From positions 59,520,001 to 59,584,000 of the forward strand of contig NC_135809.1 in NCBI RefSeq assembly GCF_964213995.1: 64,000 nucleotides of DNA, written 5' to 3'. Positions within the stretch are counted from its first letter, which is position 1, and the number at the start of each line of letters is the position of its first letter. Made by a program: the position numbers and the translations under genes. Below the pieces are notes generated by a model that saw nothing but the letters and a program-made list of their open reading frames with translations, was not told the DNA's origin and did not search any database. Source of the DNA: Mustelus asterias (Eukaryota). Below are positions 50,041 through 62,158 of this stretch, one piece after another.

Positions 50041-50516
50041 AATGGATGAGGTAAATGGAGTAGAGAACCAGATCAGCCATGATCTAACTGAATAGTGGAT
50101 GGGAGTGGCTAAGTGGCCTCCTGCTTCTTCTAAAGTTTACAATTTGCAAATTTTTTAAAAATCTTTTCCGTCCAAACCTTCCCAAGAAAATGTGATTTAC
50201 AGTGAAAACTGTTTGAAGAGCCGGAGGCGGTTCAATTTGAAATGTATATATTCCTGTCAAATTGTGCGATAATCATGCAGGAATACTAAGACCTATCCAG
50301 CATCCATCTGGTGTGACAGGCTCTCTGTTATCGGATGAAGTGATGCACGGTGCAGACAGATTACTCTAAGTGTCGGCCTGAACCTAACTGCACGTGTCTC
50401 TGATTGATGAACCCAACCGGTTAATCTTCAAAAAAAACATTCATACAAAATGGAGGAGCAGACAAACAAAGGGCAGCATTTAATGGAGGTAACCTAGGAC
50501 TTGTCTGTCATATTAC

Positions 50517-50772
50517 TATTACGATATAATACCTTAGGTTTATTTACGTACAAGGCACAAGGCAGTAATCACTCATAAGGGATTTAGAAACACGTTTGTT
50601 CATTTATTAAGATGAGGCATGTGAGAGCAGTTGTATATAGGTATAAAGTATGAAGACATCAGAGCTGTGTGTGCGCGCTCTGCTGAAAGCAAAAGTGAAG
50701 CTAAGGCTGGATTACATGACATTTCCCTTCTAGTGAGCTCATTCTGATAGCCCTTAAAGGCATATTACCACA
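50517..50772 (-). mobile_element. Possible solo LTR
   Basis: Minus strand starts TGTGGTAATATGCCTTTAAGGG, like 28527 TGTGGTGATTGCCCCTTTAAGG. Contains TTTATT. Confidence 0.4.
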
Positions 50773-51534
50773 TTTCCACCAACTAGAGAGCCGGTGGGAG
50801 CCCTGTGTTGCTTCTTTTCAGCAAGTCTTGCTGAATTTGTGTCAACAATCAGCTTAACTGAGCAGCGACAGGCCTTCTCTGGGATCAAGGACTGAGGTGG
50901 GCCACCCCTTCCTGTTGGCTGACACCGAGTGCATTTGAATGAAGAATTCTCTGGAAACTAGCATGCAATCCTGACAGGGTTCATCTTTTTGGCTTCCTGC
51001 ATGGTGAGTCCCTCACCTGCCACTAGGTAAACACAACAGCGGGTAGGATGAGGCCCTTAAGTATGAATTAATTGGCCACTCAAGGGCCTCAACTGATGAT
51101 GGGGAAGAAGACCATCCAAAGGCCATCTGGCCGCAGATTTAATCGGGGCAGGAGCAGGAAGGCGGCAGAGTTCTCACCTGCCACCCTTGCACATGATTAA
51201 ATACACCCCTGCCTCCACCAAACTCGTTACGGGAAGGACATTAAATTCTATCTAAATTGAGTCAAAATCCCTTCTGGTGTTAGTGCAGTGGAAATGGGGC
51301 GACTTGGACAAGTGAAAATACCCACGCTTTATTCAGCACTCCTTTACACTGCAGAATGCTGCAACAGTGCGCCCCAGAGAAGTTTTGAGACTGGGACGAA
51401 AATTACAACATGCTCCACTGGGTCAGCTTACATTGTTCTGGTTTGCAACAGTTCGGCATTGGATGAGGAAGGGAAATTCTATTTCCTGTGACTGAATGAG
51501 TTCAGGCAACCACATACATTAGCAGCAACAAGAA

Positions 51535-51970
51535 TAGAAAATGCTGGAAAATCTCAGCAGGCCTGACAGCACCTGTGGAGAGAGAACAGAGCCAACGTTT
51601 CGAGACTGGGTGACTCACTTTTCTGTTTTTGTTTCAGATTCCAGCATCTGCAGTAATTTGATTTTAACGTGCGTGGAGTTTTCATATTGGAGACTGGCAC
51701 ACTGCTTCAAACTGGTTGCTCAATCTGAATATTGATCAAAGCACTTATTGAACATTAAGGGTAAATTTATAAAGTCCTATATGGGTATATCATTATAATA
51801 AAAGCAAAACATTGCAGATGCTGGAATCTGAAACAAAAACAGAAAACGCTGGAAAATCTCAGTAGGTCTGACAGCAGCTGTGGAGGTCACCCAGTCTCGA
51901 AACGTTGGCTCTGTTCTCTCTCTACAGATGCTGTCAGACCTGCTGAGATTTTCCAGCATTTTCCGGTTTG
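51535..51970. mobile_element. Two internally inverted PLE family B fragments (51535-51666 and 51800-51970)
   Basis: Each joins sense and antisense pLTR pieces, and both share the variant GAGACTGGGTGAC. Confidence 0.8.
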
Positions 51971-52349
51971 TGTGTGGGTACATCATTAGTCATGAGCTAA
52001 AGTCAAACCACAGCTGACTTGAGGAATCTGTCCATTTGTCTTTGAATGTTTTAGTTAGTTCTTCATTCAATGCAACCAATGCCCTCCCATTATAATCATG
52101 TCATGTCAAGGAACCGTGGTGTCACTGTACTTTTCCAGTGAACACGATTAAATTAATTTGTACAGCGGCTCTCCAATATACCTCATTACATACCAGCAAC
52201 CTATCATGGTCTTGTTCAAAGGACGGCAGCTTTTTTAAGGAGAGAAACACTGTACTGTGTCAGATAGAATGGGAGCCTCTGTCACTTTAACACAAAGTTT
52301 CATTGCTCTGTATTTCGACATGCATAGTTGGTTCAATGGAAAGGTCAAG

Positions 52350-52945
52350 TTCACAGAATCAGAGAGTTGTTAGTGTTGAAGGAGGCCATTTGGCCCATCG
52401 TGTCTGCACAGGCTCTCAAAACGAGCATCATGGCTGAGTGCCATTCCCCTGCCTTGTCCCTGTACCCTTGCACATTGTTTCTCATCAAATAATCATCTAA
52501 TGCCCTCTTGAATGCTTCTACCACACTTCCAGGCAGTGCATTCCAGACCCCAAACACTTGTGTGAAAAAGTTTTTTCTCATATCACATTTGCTTCTTTTG
52601 AAAATCACCTTAAATCTGTTCCCTCTCACTTTTGATCCTTTTATGGGTGGGAACAGTTTACCCCTATCTACTCTGTCCAGTCCCATCATGGTTTTGAACA
52701 TTTCTATACGAAATTTCCTCTTAGCCTTCTTCCCTCCAAGGAGAACAGTCCCAACCTCTCCAATCCAGCTTCATAACTAAAGTTTCTCATCCCTGGAACC
52801 ATTCATGTAAACCTACTCTGCACTCTCTCAAATGTGTTCACATCCTTCTTATAAGGTGGCACCCAGAACTGTACACAATATTCCAGATAAGGTCCAAATA
52901 TTGTCTTGTATAAGTTCAGTATAACCTCCTTGCTCTTGTACACTA
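52350..52945 (-). mobile_element. CR1 3' fragment
   Basis: LYKTIFGPYLEYCVQFW...ERVQSRFT and FFTQ..GVWNALP. Confidence 0.92.
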
Positions 52946-54279
52946 AGTTACAAATAATGACCTTGGCTTGGTTTGATGGAGAGGTCAATTGAGAATTTGG
53001 AGGTAGTGTTGAAGGGATATGTTTATTTATTAGTGTCACAAGTAGGCTTACATTAACACAGCAATGAAGTTACTGTGAAAATCCCCTTATCGCCACATTC
53101 CAGTGCCTGTTTGGGTACACAGATATGTTCTTGGGGAGAGAGAGAGGGGATCACACAGCATAACAACAAAGAGCAGCATTTATGTAGCATCTTTAAAGTT
53201 ACACATCACCCAGGAGCATTGTCAAATAAAACTTGGCATCAAGTCACTTAAGGAGGTATTAAAACAAGTCTTAGACCTACAGCTTCACTAAATAGGTAGC
53301 TGTTAAGGAGCAGTTTGGAGAAGGAGGAAGAGGAGGTAGAGTGCCAAAGGGGTTTAGGGAGGGAATTCCAGAGCTTAGGGCTGAGCCAATTGGAGGCAGA
53401 GCAAGAGGTTGGAATTATTATACATCTGTAAGAAATAGTCAAGTATAACGGTTGCAAGAGGTGCAAATTAACCTCATTAATAATAATTTGCACCCAGTTT
53501 GGAGACAATGTTTTTTTAGTTTAAAGTGTCTGCAGCTTCAAAGAAAGTTAGAGGCCTCAGCAGGGATAATGTACAGGATGAATGATTTATAAATATAGTC
53601 AGCAGACATTAAAGTTTGATTTCAATCCAGACCACTCCTCTGGAATTATTGTTGTCGTTTCTTTTCCAAGCAGTTTAATCTGCAGGATAACATGTTCTAA
53701 TTCAGAGGGTTTTTTTGGCGTGTGTTCTTTTGATCAGCTCCCAGCTGCACTGGCCCCTGTCTGGCTGCACTGAAAGGGCAGCTGGAAATGTCAATGTTGT
53801 TGCCTCTCATTATTGTCAACCACCCAACACGTAACAAGCATTAATCCAGATTATTGGAAGTTTGAAATATAGGAACAGGTATTGGTCACTCAGCCCCTCA
53901 AACATTCAGTTGGGCTATCATTTACTGCTAGTTCCACTATCTGACTACTGCCTAATAAAACAATCTTCCTCAATCTCTGAAAGCTCCAATTGACCCCACC
54001 ATCTACAGCCTCTTATGGAACAGATTTCCGTATGATTAATAACAGTAATCTTCTAATCCTCTCTCCCTATCCTTTTATAGTTTTCAAATATTTATCTTAT
54101 TCATTTTGTGGCCAAGCATTCCATAATTTGGGGTGGGGGGGGATTTCTTCTTGCTATCCTCGAGTGGTAATCGGAGTTTGTACTCTCATTTTACAAATTC
54201 AAAAGCCAGTAGAAACCATCTTTCATACGCTTTGCACCTTTCATTATTTTGAAAACTCTGTTAAACTTGCTAACCACTA

Positions 54280-54850
54280 CAGTGACGATGTGATAATGTC
54301 ACTGGGCTAGTAATGCAGAGGCCCAGATTAATGCTGGAAAATCTCAGCTGGTCTGACAGCATCTGTGGAGAGAGAGTAGAGCCAATGTTTCAAGTCTGGA
54401 TGACCCTTCGTCAGAGCTCTGGGGTATATAGGTTCAAATCCCATCACGGCACCGGATGGAATTTAAATTCCATTACTAAAAAGAAAATCTGGAATTAAAG
54501 CCTGTCCCAGTAACAGCATGGGCAGGACTTTCCTGCTGTAGGGCTGGAAAATCCCACCCGAGGTCAATAGACCTTCGGCTTGCCCGTCATAATTACAGTC
54601 GCCCGCAACGAACCCTGGAAGATTTAGGCCCATGAACCTATTGTTGATTGCTGTAAAATCCCTTCTAGATCATGTGTTTCCATGTAGGAAAGTAAATCTG
54701 CCATCCTTACCTGGACTGGCCCATGTGTGACTCTAGTTGACTCAACTGGCTTGTGAAATACGCTAGCAAGCCACTCAGTTCAAGGACAATTAGGGATGGA
54801 CAACATATGTTGGCCTTGCCTGTGATGCCCATCCTGCAAAAGAATAAATA
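54280..54850 (+). mobile_element. SINE-B carrying nested PLE-B (54331-54420) and MITE-like (~54520-54632) insertions
   Basis: The SINE-B head AATGCT|CTGGGG is split by a PLE-B piece. Confidence 0.8.
54379..54419 (-). ncRNA. Hammerhead ribozyme motif (family B, slightly decayed)
   Basis: Minus strand GAGCT-CTGACGA-A-GGGTC-ATCCA-GACTT-GAAA-CA-TT-GGCTC. Confidence 0.75.
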
Positions 54851-54891
54851 AGATCCCAATTCTGCTCCTAATGAAAATACTCCAGCTTTGA

Positions 54892-55338
54892 GTGTCAGCA
54901 GTAGCTCAGCTGGTAGCATGCTCACCTCTGAATTGCAAGATTCCAGGTTCCAGTCCCAATCCAGGGCTTGAGGACACAAATCAAGACTAATGCTTCAGTG
55001 CAGGACTGAGGGATTACTGCACTGTCAGAGGTGCTGGCTTCTGGATGAGACTTTAAACCAACTCCCCCACTGCCCATACAGGTGGATGTAAAAGATCGCA
55101 TGGCACTATTTTGAAGAAGAGCAGAGGAGTTCTCTCCGCTGTTCTATTTACTCAAATCACAAAAAAAATGGTTTACCTGGTCACTATCACATTTTGGGAG
55201 TTTGCGGAGTGCTAATTAGCTGCTGTGTTTCCTACATAACAACAGTGACTACACTTCAAACATATGTCATTGGCTGTAAAGCTCTCTGAAACACCCAGTG
55301 GTTGTGAAAAGCACTATATAAATGCAAGTCTCATTTTT
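54892..55338 (+). mobile_element. SacSINE1-like Deu-SINE, full length
   Basis: tRNA-like head, Deu-domain-like core (GGATGAGAC.TTAAACC...GGATGTAAAAGATC.CATGGCACTATTT.GAAGAAGAGCAG) and L2-type tail ACTATATAAATGCAAGT. Confidence 0.85.
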
Positions 55339-55761
55339 AAATACCTCAATCTTTTAAAATCGAGGGAATACAAGTCAGGTTTTACATCCTGATCCTGAAA
55401 CTTTAACTCTCAAAATCCAACTACAATTCTGCTTGCATCCCTTCCAAACCCAACATCATCCTTCCTGAGACTCAATACACCAGTCTGAATTCAACATTTC
55501 AAATGTGAAAATCTTGTGCCAATACATTGCAGAATACTTGTCATTGGTCTTGCTCAGCAAGGTCATCAGCACTCCGTCCACTGAACAACTCCATGCTTAA
55601 CGTGCTGCTTATACATGGGGCTCTTTCAAGCGATCAATTTTCCCTCGTCTCCCTGTGTAGTAATTCAGCCAACACCCCTAATTGTGCAAAGGGAAAGGCT
55701 GCTTCCGTGGCTTATGGTTAGATAGTCTTCATCTCGGGACTTACAGCTCCAGTCTGGGTAA

Positions 55762-56052
55762 GGCAGTGGTTAACATTGCTGCCTCACAGCGCCAGGGACC
55801 CGGGTTCGATTACCGGCTTGGGTCACTGTTTGTGTGGAGTCTGCACGTTCTCCCCGTGTCTGCGTGGGTTTCCTCCGGGTGCTCTGGTTTCTTCCCACAG
55901 TCCAAAAGATGTGCTGGTTAGATGCATTGGCCATGCTAAATTCTCCCTCAGTGCACCCGAACAGGCGCCAGAGTGTGGTGACTTGGGGATTTTCACAGTA
56001 ACTTCCTTGCAGTGTTAATGTAAGCCCACTTGTGACTAATAAATAAACTTCT
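55762..56052 (+). mobile_element. V-SINE with alternative 3' tail
   Basis: Same head and V-domain as the HE1-like copies, but the tail is GCAGTGTTAATGTAAGCC.ACTTGTGAC.AATAAATAAACTT. Tail-only copies at ~3170, ~5000 and ~53025. Confidence 0.85.
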
Positions 56053-57104
56053 AAATACTCCCGCTGGCTGCTTCCCATTGGGTGAGCCTCCGCTTGCTCA
56101 ATAAGACAACTCATACTCCATGAAGCCCACGGGGTGATCTATCGTGGTCATCATAGCATCCTGAATATCAGAAAACTCACTGTTCTAATTAAAGACTCAA
56201 GGTAAGCTCTCTCAGTTTGGAGCTCACAACAAACTATTCTTTGTGCGGAGCTATTTGATGCTACCATTCACAAACAGTCCAAACCAGCAGAGACTGCACT
56301 AAGTAGTCATTAAACTGCTGCATAAAATTGATGTTTGTAATATTCCTTTTGAATAAAACTGTGCAATTCAGGATTTTCCTGGAACATTCTTATTTGTATT
56401 GAAAATATTAAAGCATTTTGCACAAGTCTACACCATATCACTGTTTCAGAGGAGAGCAGGGAAGTTCTCCCCTGTGGCCTGAGCAAAACTGATCCCTCAC
56501 CTAGCATCATTAAAACAGATTATCTGGCCATTGTCACACTGCTGTTTGTGGGAGATTGCTGTGCACACAACAACAGTGACTACACTCCAAAAGTATTTTA
56601 ATTGGCTGGACAGTGCTTTGGGATCTCCTGAGGTCCGAGGGGTTGCTATAGAAATGCAATTCTTTCTTTCGTCTTTGAAGTCCATTCATGACAACTCAAC
56701 ACCCCCAGCTATATACCACTTCACATGTTCCACCCTCTCGAGCACATTCTCAACAACTAGGGTTGACTCTATACAGGGGCAGATAGTTCCACAATGTCCT
56801 TCATCGCTTGCCATTTTATACTGAGAACTGAAAACATTTGATATTTTTTGCTGCTCGCCACCCCCACCTCTCTTTATTCTGACCCTAACTCCAATCCTTG
56901 CAGAGCTTGCACCTTCCCCAATATGACCCCCTAATGCTCTGCCCTCATCTTAAACTCTGCAATTTCCCCTCTCTCTCCTCGAGACTCTTTGAGCAAGTTT
57001 TTGGTCACCCGCCCTAATGTACACGACTGTCAAATTTTGCAAGATTAAAGCATCTTGGAACATTTTACCACATTAAAGGCATTATATAAATGCAAACTGT
57101 CCTT

Positions 57105-57482
57105 TTTAATTCTTTCACAAGATGTGGGCATCACCACTAGCAAGACCCAGCATTTGTTGCCCATTCCTAATTGCCCTTGTACTGAATGGCTTGCCACGCC
57201 ATGGCAGAGGGATAGACTCAGGTTGCTGTGGGTCTAGTCACACGTAGGCCAGACTGGGTAAGGATGGCAGATTTCCTTCCCTAAAGGACATCAGTGAACC
57301 AGGTAAGTTTTTACGACAATTGATAGTTTCATGGTCACCATTACTGAGACTAGCTTTATATTCCAGATCTGTTAATTGAATTCAAATTTCACCAGCTGAG
57401 ATTCGAACCCGTGTCCCCAGAGCATTAGTCTGGGCTTTTGGATTACTAGTCTAGTGACATTGCCACTACACCACTGTCTGCC
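57105..57482 (-). mobile_element. SINE-B, full length
   Basis: Reverse complement of 34144-34495. Confidence 0.88.
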
Positions 57483-57991
57483 CCTTTAGCTTTTGCTTCA
57501 GTTTCCTCAGGGACTCCAAAAAATCCCCATACCCTGGAGACAATATTAAAAAATAATTATCTTAAAGGCAAACATAAAACGGATCCATTTTCCATTATAT
57601 TCTCATCCACAACTGGTTGCACTTCTACAATATATAGTTTAATTGCATGAATTTATTATTTTCAATCTACTCTCAAAGCTCCTTTTCAGGAAGGCACTTT
57701 CATTCGTCTGGAACTATCCTGTCCATGCTGCTAGTTAGCATATATTGATCTTGTTCACAGAAATATTCACCACAAAGGTTAAAGGTACTGCCTCTCAAGG
57801 TGTTCCAGTCAAGCTCCTCCTTTACAACTACAACTGGAAGTTGAGCAGCAGCGCTATGGGAAAAGAATAGGAGTAACTGAATAGCTACTTTAAAAGGAAG
57901 CCACAGGTATGATGGCTCTCTCTGTGCTGTACGATGCCATAATTCTAAGATAACTTTGTAATTGTGGATCTACACCAATGCGACCACCAGC

Positions 57992-58443
57992 TAAAAACCT
58001 TTTGGCTAAGATCAAGTGTAGTATGGACGGTATGGGTTGCCCGTCCGTGCTGTGCTTGGTTGGGGTCATTAGGTTATATTATAAGCTTCATTTAAAAATG
58101 AATCAATTTTTAAAAACCGGCATCTCGGCCTTTTTTGGCTGAGATGCAAATGAGATCAGCCTTGGAGGAGGTGGGCTTGCGCCTGCTCCAATCAGCTTGT
58201 CTCATGTAGATCAAGCCCGAGATGGAGGCTGCAGAACCTGGTATGCATGATGTGGAGATGCCGGCGTTGGACTGGGGTAAACACAGTAAACCTGTTGGAC
58301 TTTAACCTGGTGTTGTTAAACTTCTTACTGAACCTGGTATGGCCACAGGGGATGCAGACTCTGTCTTGTCAGCTTGGATCAGGAATGTCTCAACTTGTTG
58401 AGACTTTGAATTGGATTTGATTTGATTGGAAAAGTTAAAAAAA
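57992..58443 (+). mobile_element. U2 snRNA-derived composite retroposed element (copy B)
   Basis: 57998-58024 is an exact match to U2 nt 13-39 (CCTTTTGGCTAAGATCAAGTGTAGTAT). Second U2 stem-I-like unit at 58120-58147, A-tail, and perfect TSD AATGCGACCACCAGC (57977-57991 and 58444-58458). Confidence 0.85.
58246..58329. mobile_element. Mini PLE family A insertion (inverted + forward pLTR pieces) nested in the U2-derived element
   Basis: Matches 12576-12617 and 12243-12285. 12-bp TSD GAACCTGGTATG at 58234-58245 and 58330-58341. Confidence 0.88.
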
Positions 58444-60076
58444 AATGCGACCACCAGCCATAAGTAAAAGACTCCCATTTATATTACACGTTATCACATC
58501 CCAGAACACTTCATCTGCATCGAGCCACCTTGCAGTGACCATTGAATAAATATGGGCATCATTTAAACACTGCAAGATCCCATAGAGAGTAATGGACAAA
58601 TGCCTAATTAAGCAACTCTGCTGGTGTTATGGGAGAAATGAACATTGGCTTAAATAGTGGATGTTTCGGGCAAATGGTGCCCGGAATGTGTTACACCCGC
58701 TTAAAACCTGGAACAGGCAGGGAGGGCCTCAGATTAATGGACTGGAGCTCACTGGAAAATAATGGCAAGTGCACAATGCTCGCCACTATTGACGTACAAA
58801 TCAGCTAGCAACTTAAGGCAATGAAGAAATATGCCATTAGTTGAGAATTGCCAAAATGGCCTTGTCAATTTATGCAGTTCTGCCATTTGCTTTGCACTAT
58901 AATCATCTTGCCTTTTGCCCTGCAGTTATTTTCAAGTACTTTCTGGATTGCATTTTAATTGCCTGTTAAACTTGCCACAGAAAGTTATATCTGGTAATTA
59001 AGAATATAAGTATTCTTAACAGCATGATAATTGTTAATGCAATGCCAATTAACACCCTGGTCCAGAAACTGAACAATTCAAATTGTGGAATCTCATTCCA
59101 ACAGGTAGTAAATAAGACCATAAGATATAGGAGGAGAAGTAGGCCATTGAGTCTGCTCCTCTATTCACTGAAATGCATGGCAGGCAGAACTATTTATTGA
59201 ATAGACTTTTGCTGTTAACCTTGGTCGTGTTGTCATAAAATATATCACTGTGAACACATGGCTAGAGGGATCTCGAGTTACTTGTGTTAGGGCAGAAAGG
59301 AAATGCACACAAATCTTTCCTCAGGAGGTAAAATGATTCACCATTTCGGTAACAAGATGAATTAAACATACGAGTGTGGGAGGACTGGGCCAGTCAGACT
59401 AAATAGTCTTTCCTCAGCCTATATTCTATATATTCATTTTTCCATCTTTTCTTGGTTTGAGCAGGACTTAATAAATCTTATCTCATTTGCATGTGCAGCA
59501 CTAATCAATCATGGTTTTCATGAATAGGAAGAAGAATTTGCCAATGAACAGAAAAGATGTGAGAAACGGGCTGTACTATTGTAAGCAAAAACTCCCATGA
59601 TAGTGGCCATGGAAAACAAAGAACCAAGAATTTCACCTGTGCTTGAAAAGTATCCTCCAGTCTTCAGACACAAAGCTCTCTCAGAGTTGGTCAAGCCAAG
59701 CTGCAGTTTGACCTTTGCCATTTTGACCTTGGTGGTAATAAGGCCGGTTCAGACTCTTGTTGCCCGGGAATCAGGCTCTTCCAAGGACAAAACTCTTTGC
59801 ACAATAATCCACTACTCAGCAGATGGTAAAACTAATCACAATATTTCCTCATGGCTCCTGTGAAGATTTTCTTTTGTCTGTTAGGTTCCACCAGACCACA
59901 GGGTCCGAAGTTAACAAAACAATCAACTATTTAGTCTTCTTGAGAATTGTTTTCATCCCACAGCCATTTCTGTTAATGACAGCACCAGAATATCATGAAT
60001 TGATTCCAAACATGCAGTAAACCATTCCAATGAGAAGGGGGTCCCCTTACCGACCACTGCAAACAATGGGCCCATC

Positions 60077-60414
60077 TAGGGTTGTCAACCCTCCAGGATT
60101 GACCTGGAGTCTCCAAAACACAGCTGTGTGCAACCCTGGAGAAAATCATTGGGACATTAAAATAGAATCATTTTTATTTCTTTGAACATTTCTCTTTACC
60201 AGATAAACAAATAGCAAACATGGAGGAAAAGATTGATGTTTGGATGACAGTCAAGTATCATCCGACTGGGTAATGAATCTGTACAGATTCCAATTGGTGT
60301 AGGAAGACAGCACGTCACAAGGATGGATGTGTTGGCTGACTAATGGCTGGAGTGTGGGGGCAAGCGATGTGATCAAACCTCCAGGAACATATTTAGTCAC
60401 AGTTGGCAACCCTA
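60077..60414. mobile_element. Complete non-autonomous hAT DNA transposon (MITE)
   Basis: TIRs TAGGGTTGTCAAC / GTTGGCAACCCTA and a perfect 8-bp TSD GGCCCATC. Confidence 0.92.
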
Positions 60415-60637
60415 GGCCCATCTTGTATTTTCTCAGTCACAATAGCTTCATAGTGTCAGCTGTGACGCAGTTGGTAGTTTCTGGCTATAACTGAGCGCTA
60501 CCAAGCCAACTGATGGAGGGTTGGTTTTCAAAAACTTGCATCTCACTATCTATCCAAGTTTGACAGGTCGAATATGACAGCTTTTACAATGTACGGCTGT
60601 TGCACTTGGCTTGCTGTTCATGGAGCAAGGGATCAGA

Positions 60638-60925
60638 TGCAGCATGGTGGTTAGCACGAGGGACCTGGGTTCAGTTCCAGCCTTGGATGACTGTCTGTGT
60701 GGAGTTTGCACATTCTCCCCATGTCTGTGTGGGTTTCCTCTGGGTGCCCCGGTTTCCTCCCACAGTCCAAAGATTTGTAGGTTAGGTGGATTGGCCAGGC
60801 TAAATGCATGGGGTTATGGGGATAGGATGGTGGGGTGGGCCTGGGTAAGGTGCTCTTTCAGAGTTAATATGGACTCGATGGGCCAAATGGTCTCCTTCTG
60901 CCCTGTAGTGATTCTATTCTATGGT
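60638..60925 (+). mobile_element. HE1-like V-SINE
   Basis: V-domain and (TTCTA) tail. Confidence 0.88.
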
Positions 60926-61104
60926 CATCCTGGCTGATAGGAAAATGGCAAATTTCTAGCTGAGCAACCACATACAAACTCAGCTCCATTTCATGGCTGC
61001 CCACAGCACAAAATGTACTAACAATGCCAATTAGTAGGAATAGTGTTGATAAAGGCTGGCCTAGCTGTCAGTGGACATAACCCACTCGTCTTCCAGGAGA
61101 AGAA

Positions 61105-61770
61105 CGTGCACTTACATCGCACCTTCCATGACCTTAGGCCTCCCCAAAGCACTTAAGAGTCACTGAAATACGTTTGAAGTGCAGTCACCATTGTAATGTA
61201 GGAAATGCGACAGCCAATTTGTGCACAGCAAGATCCCACAAACAGCAAAGTGATCATGACCAAATCATTTTTAAAAAATATTGGTTGAGGGATTATTATT
61301 AATAAATATGCAGATAAACATTACTCTCCCACTCATCTTTAAAATAACAAGTCTCCATCGTCCCAGGCCAAAGGCGTCACTCCCCTTTTGGGGGTGTCTG
61401 ACTGGTGATAATTTAACCTGAGGGTCACCACACCTCAGGTGAAGGGCAGGGTTGAGAAGGTGGGGCCTTCATGAATAACCTCAGCCAGTACAGGAATTGA
61501 ATCTATGCTGTTGGCATCATGAGCCAACTGTCCAACCAACTGAGCTAAACTGGCTCCCCCTATCTATTAAATAGTGCAATAAGATTTTTAATATCCACCT
61601 GAGGGGGCAGACGGGACTTTAGATTACATCTCATCTGAAAGACAGCACCTCTGACAGTGCAGAATCCCCTCAGTAGTGCCGCGAAGCAGCAGATCAGATT
61701 TTGTGTTGAAGTCTCCGGCGTGGGACTGGAACCCACAATCCACCGACACAAGAGGAAGCTACTGTTGTGA
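61105..61770 (-). mobile_element. Deu-SINE interrupted by a fourth-family SINE (61345-61560)
   Basis: Both halves match the reverse complement of 54892-55338. Confidence 0.75.
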
Positions 61771-61805
61771 CAAGGCTGAGAGTGCGGGAAGAGAGACTTT
61801 GACTA

Positions 61806-62158
61806 GAATCATAGAATCATAGAAAGAATCATAGAAACCCTACAGTGCAGAAGGAGGCCATTCAGCCCATCGAGTCTGCATCGACCACAATCCCACCCAG
61901 GCCCTACCCCCACATATTTACCCGCTAATCCCTCTAACCTACGCATCCCAGGACTCTAAGGGGCAATTTTTAACCTGGCCAATCAACCTAACCCGCACAT
62001 CTTTGGACTGTGGGAGGAAACCGGAGCACCCGGAGTAAACCCACGCAGACACGAGGAGAATGTGCAAACTCCACACAGACAGTGACCCGAGCCGGGAATC
62101 GAACCCGGGACCCTGGAGCTGTGAAGCAGCAGTGCTAACCACTGTGCTACCGTGCCGC
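61806..62158 (-). mobile_element. Young full-length HE1-like V-SINE
   Basis: Near-identical to 7215-7560, with flanking GACTA repeats. Confidence 0.95.

Noticed and set aside
59518-59863. Coding-looking unique sequence
   Set aside because: Short ORFs with no recognisable homology or consistent splice sites.
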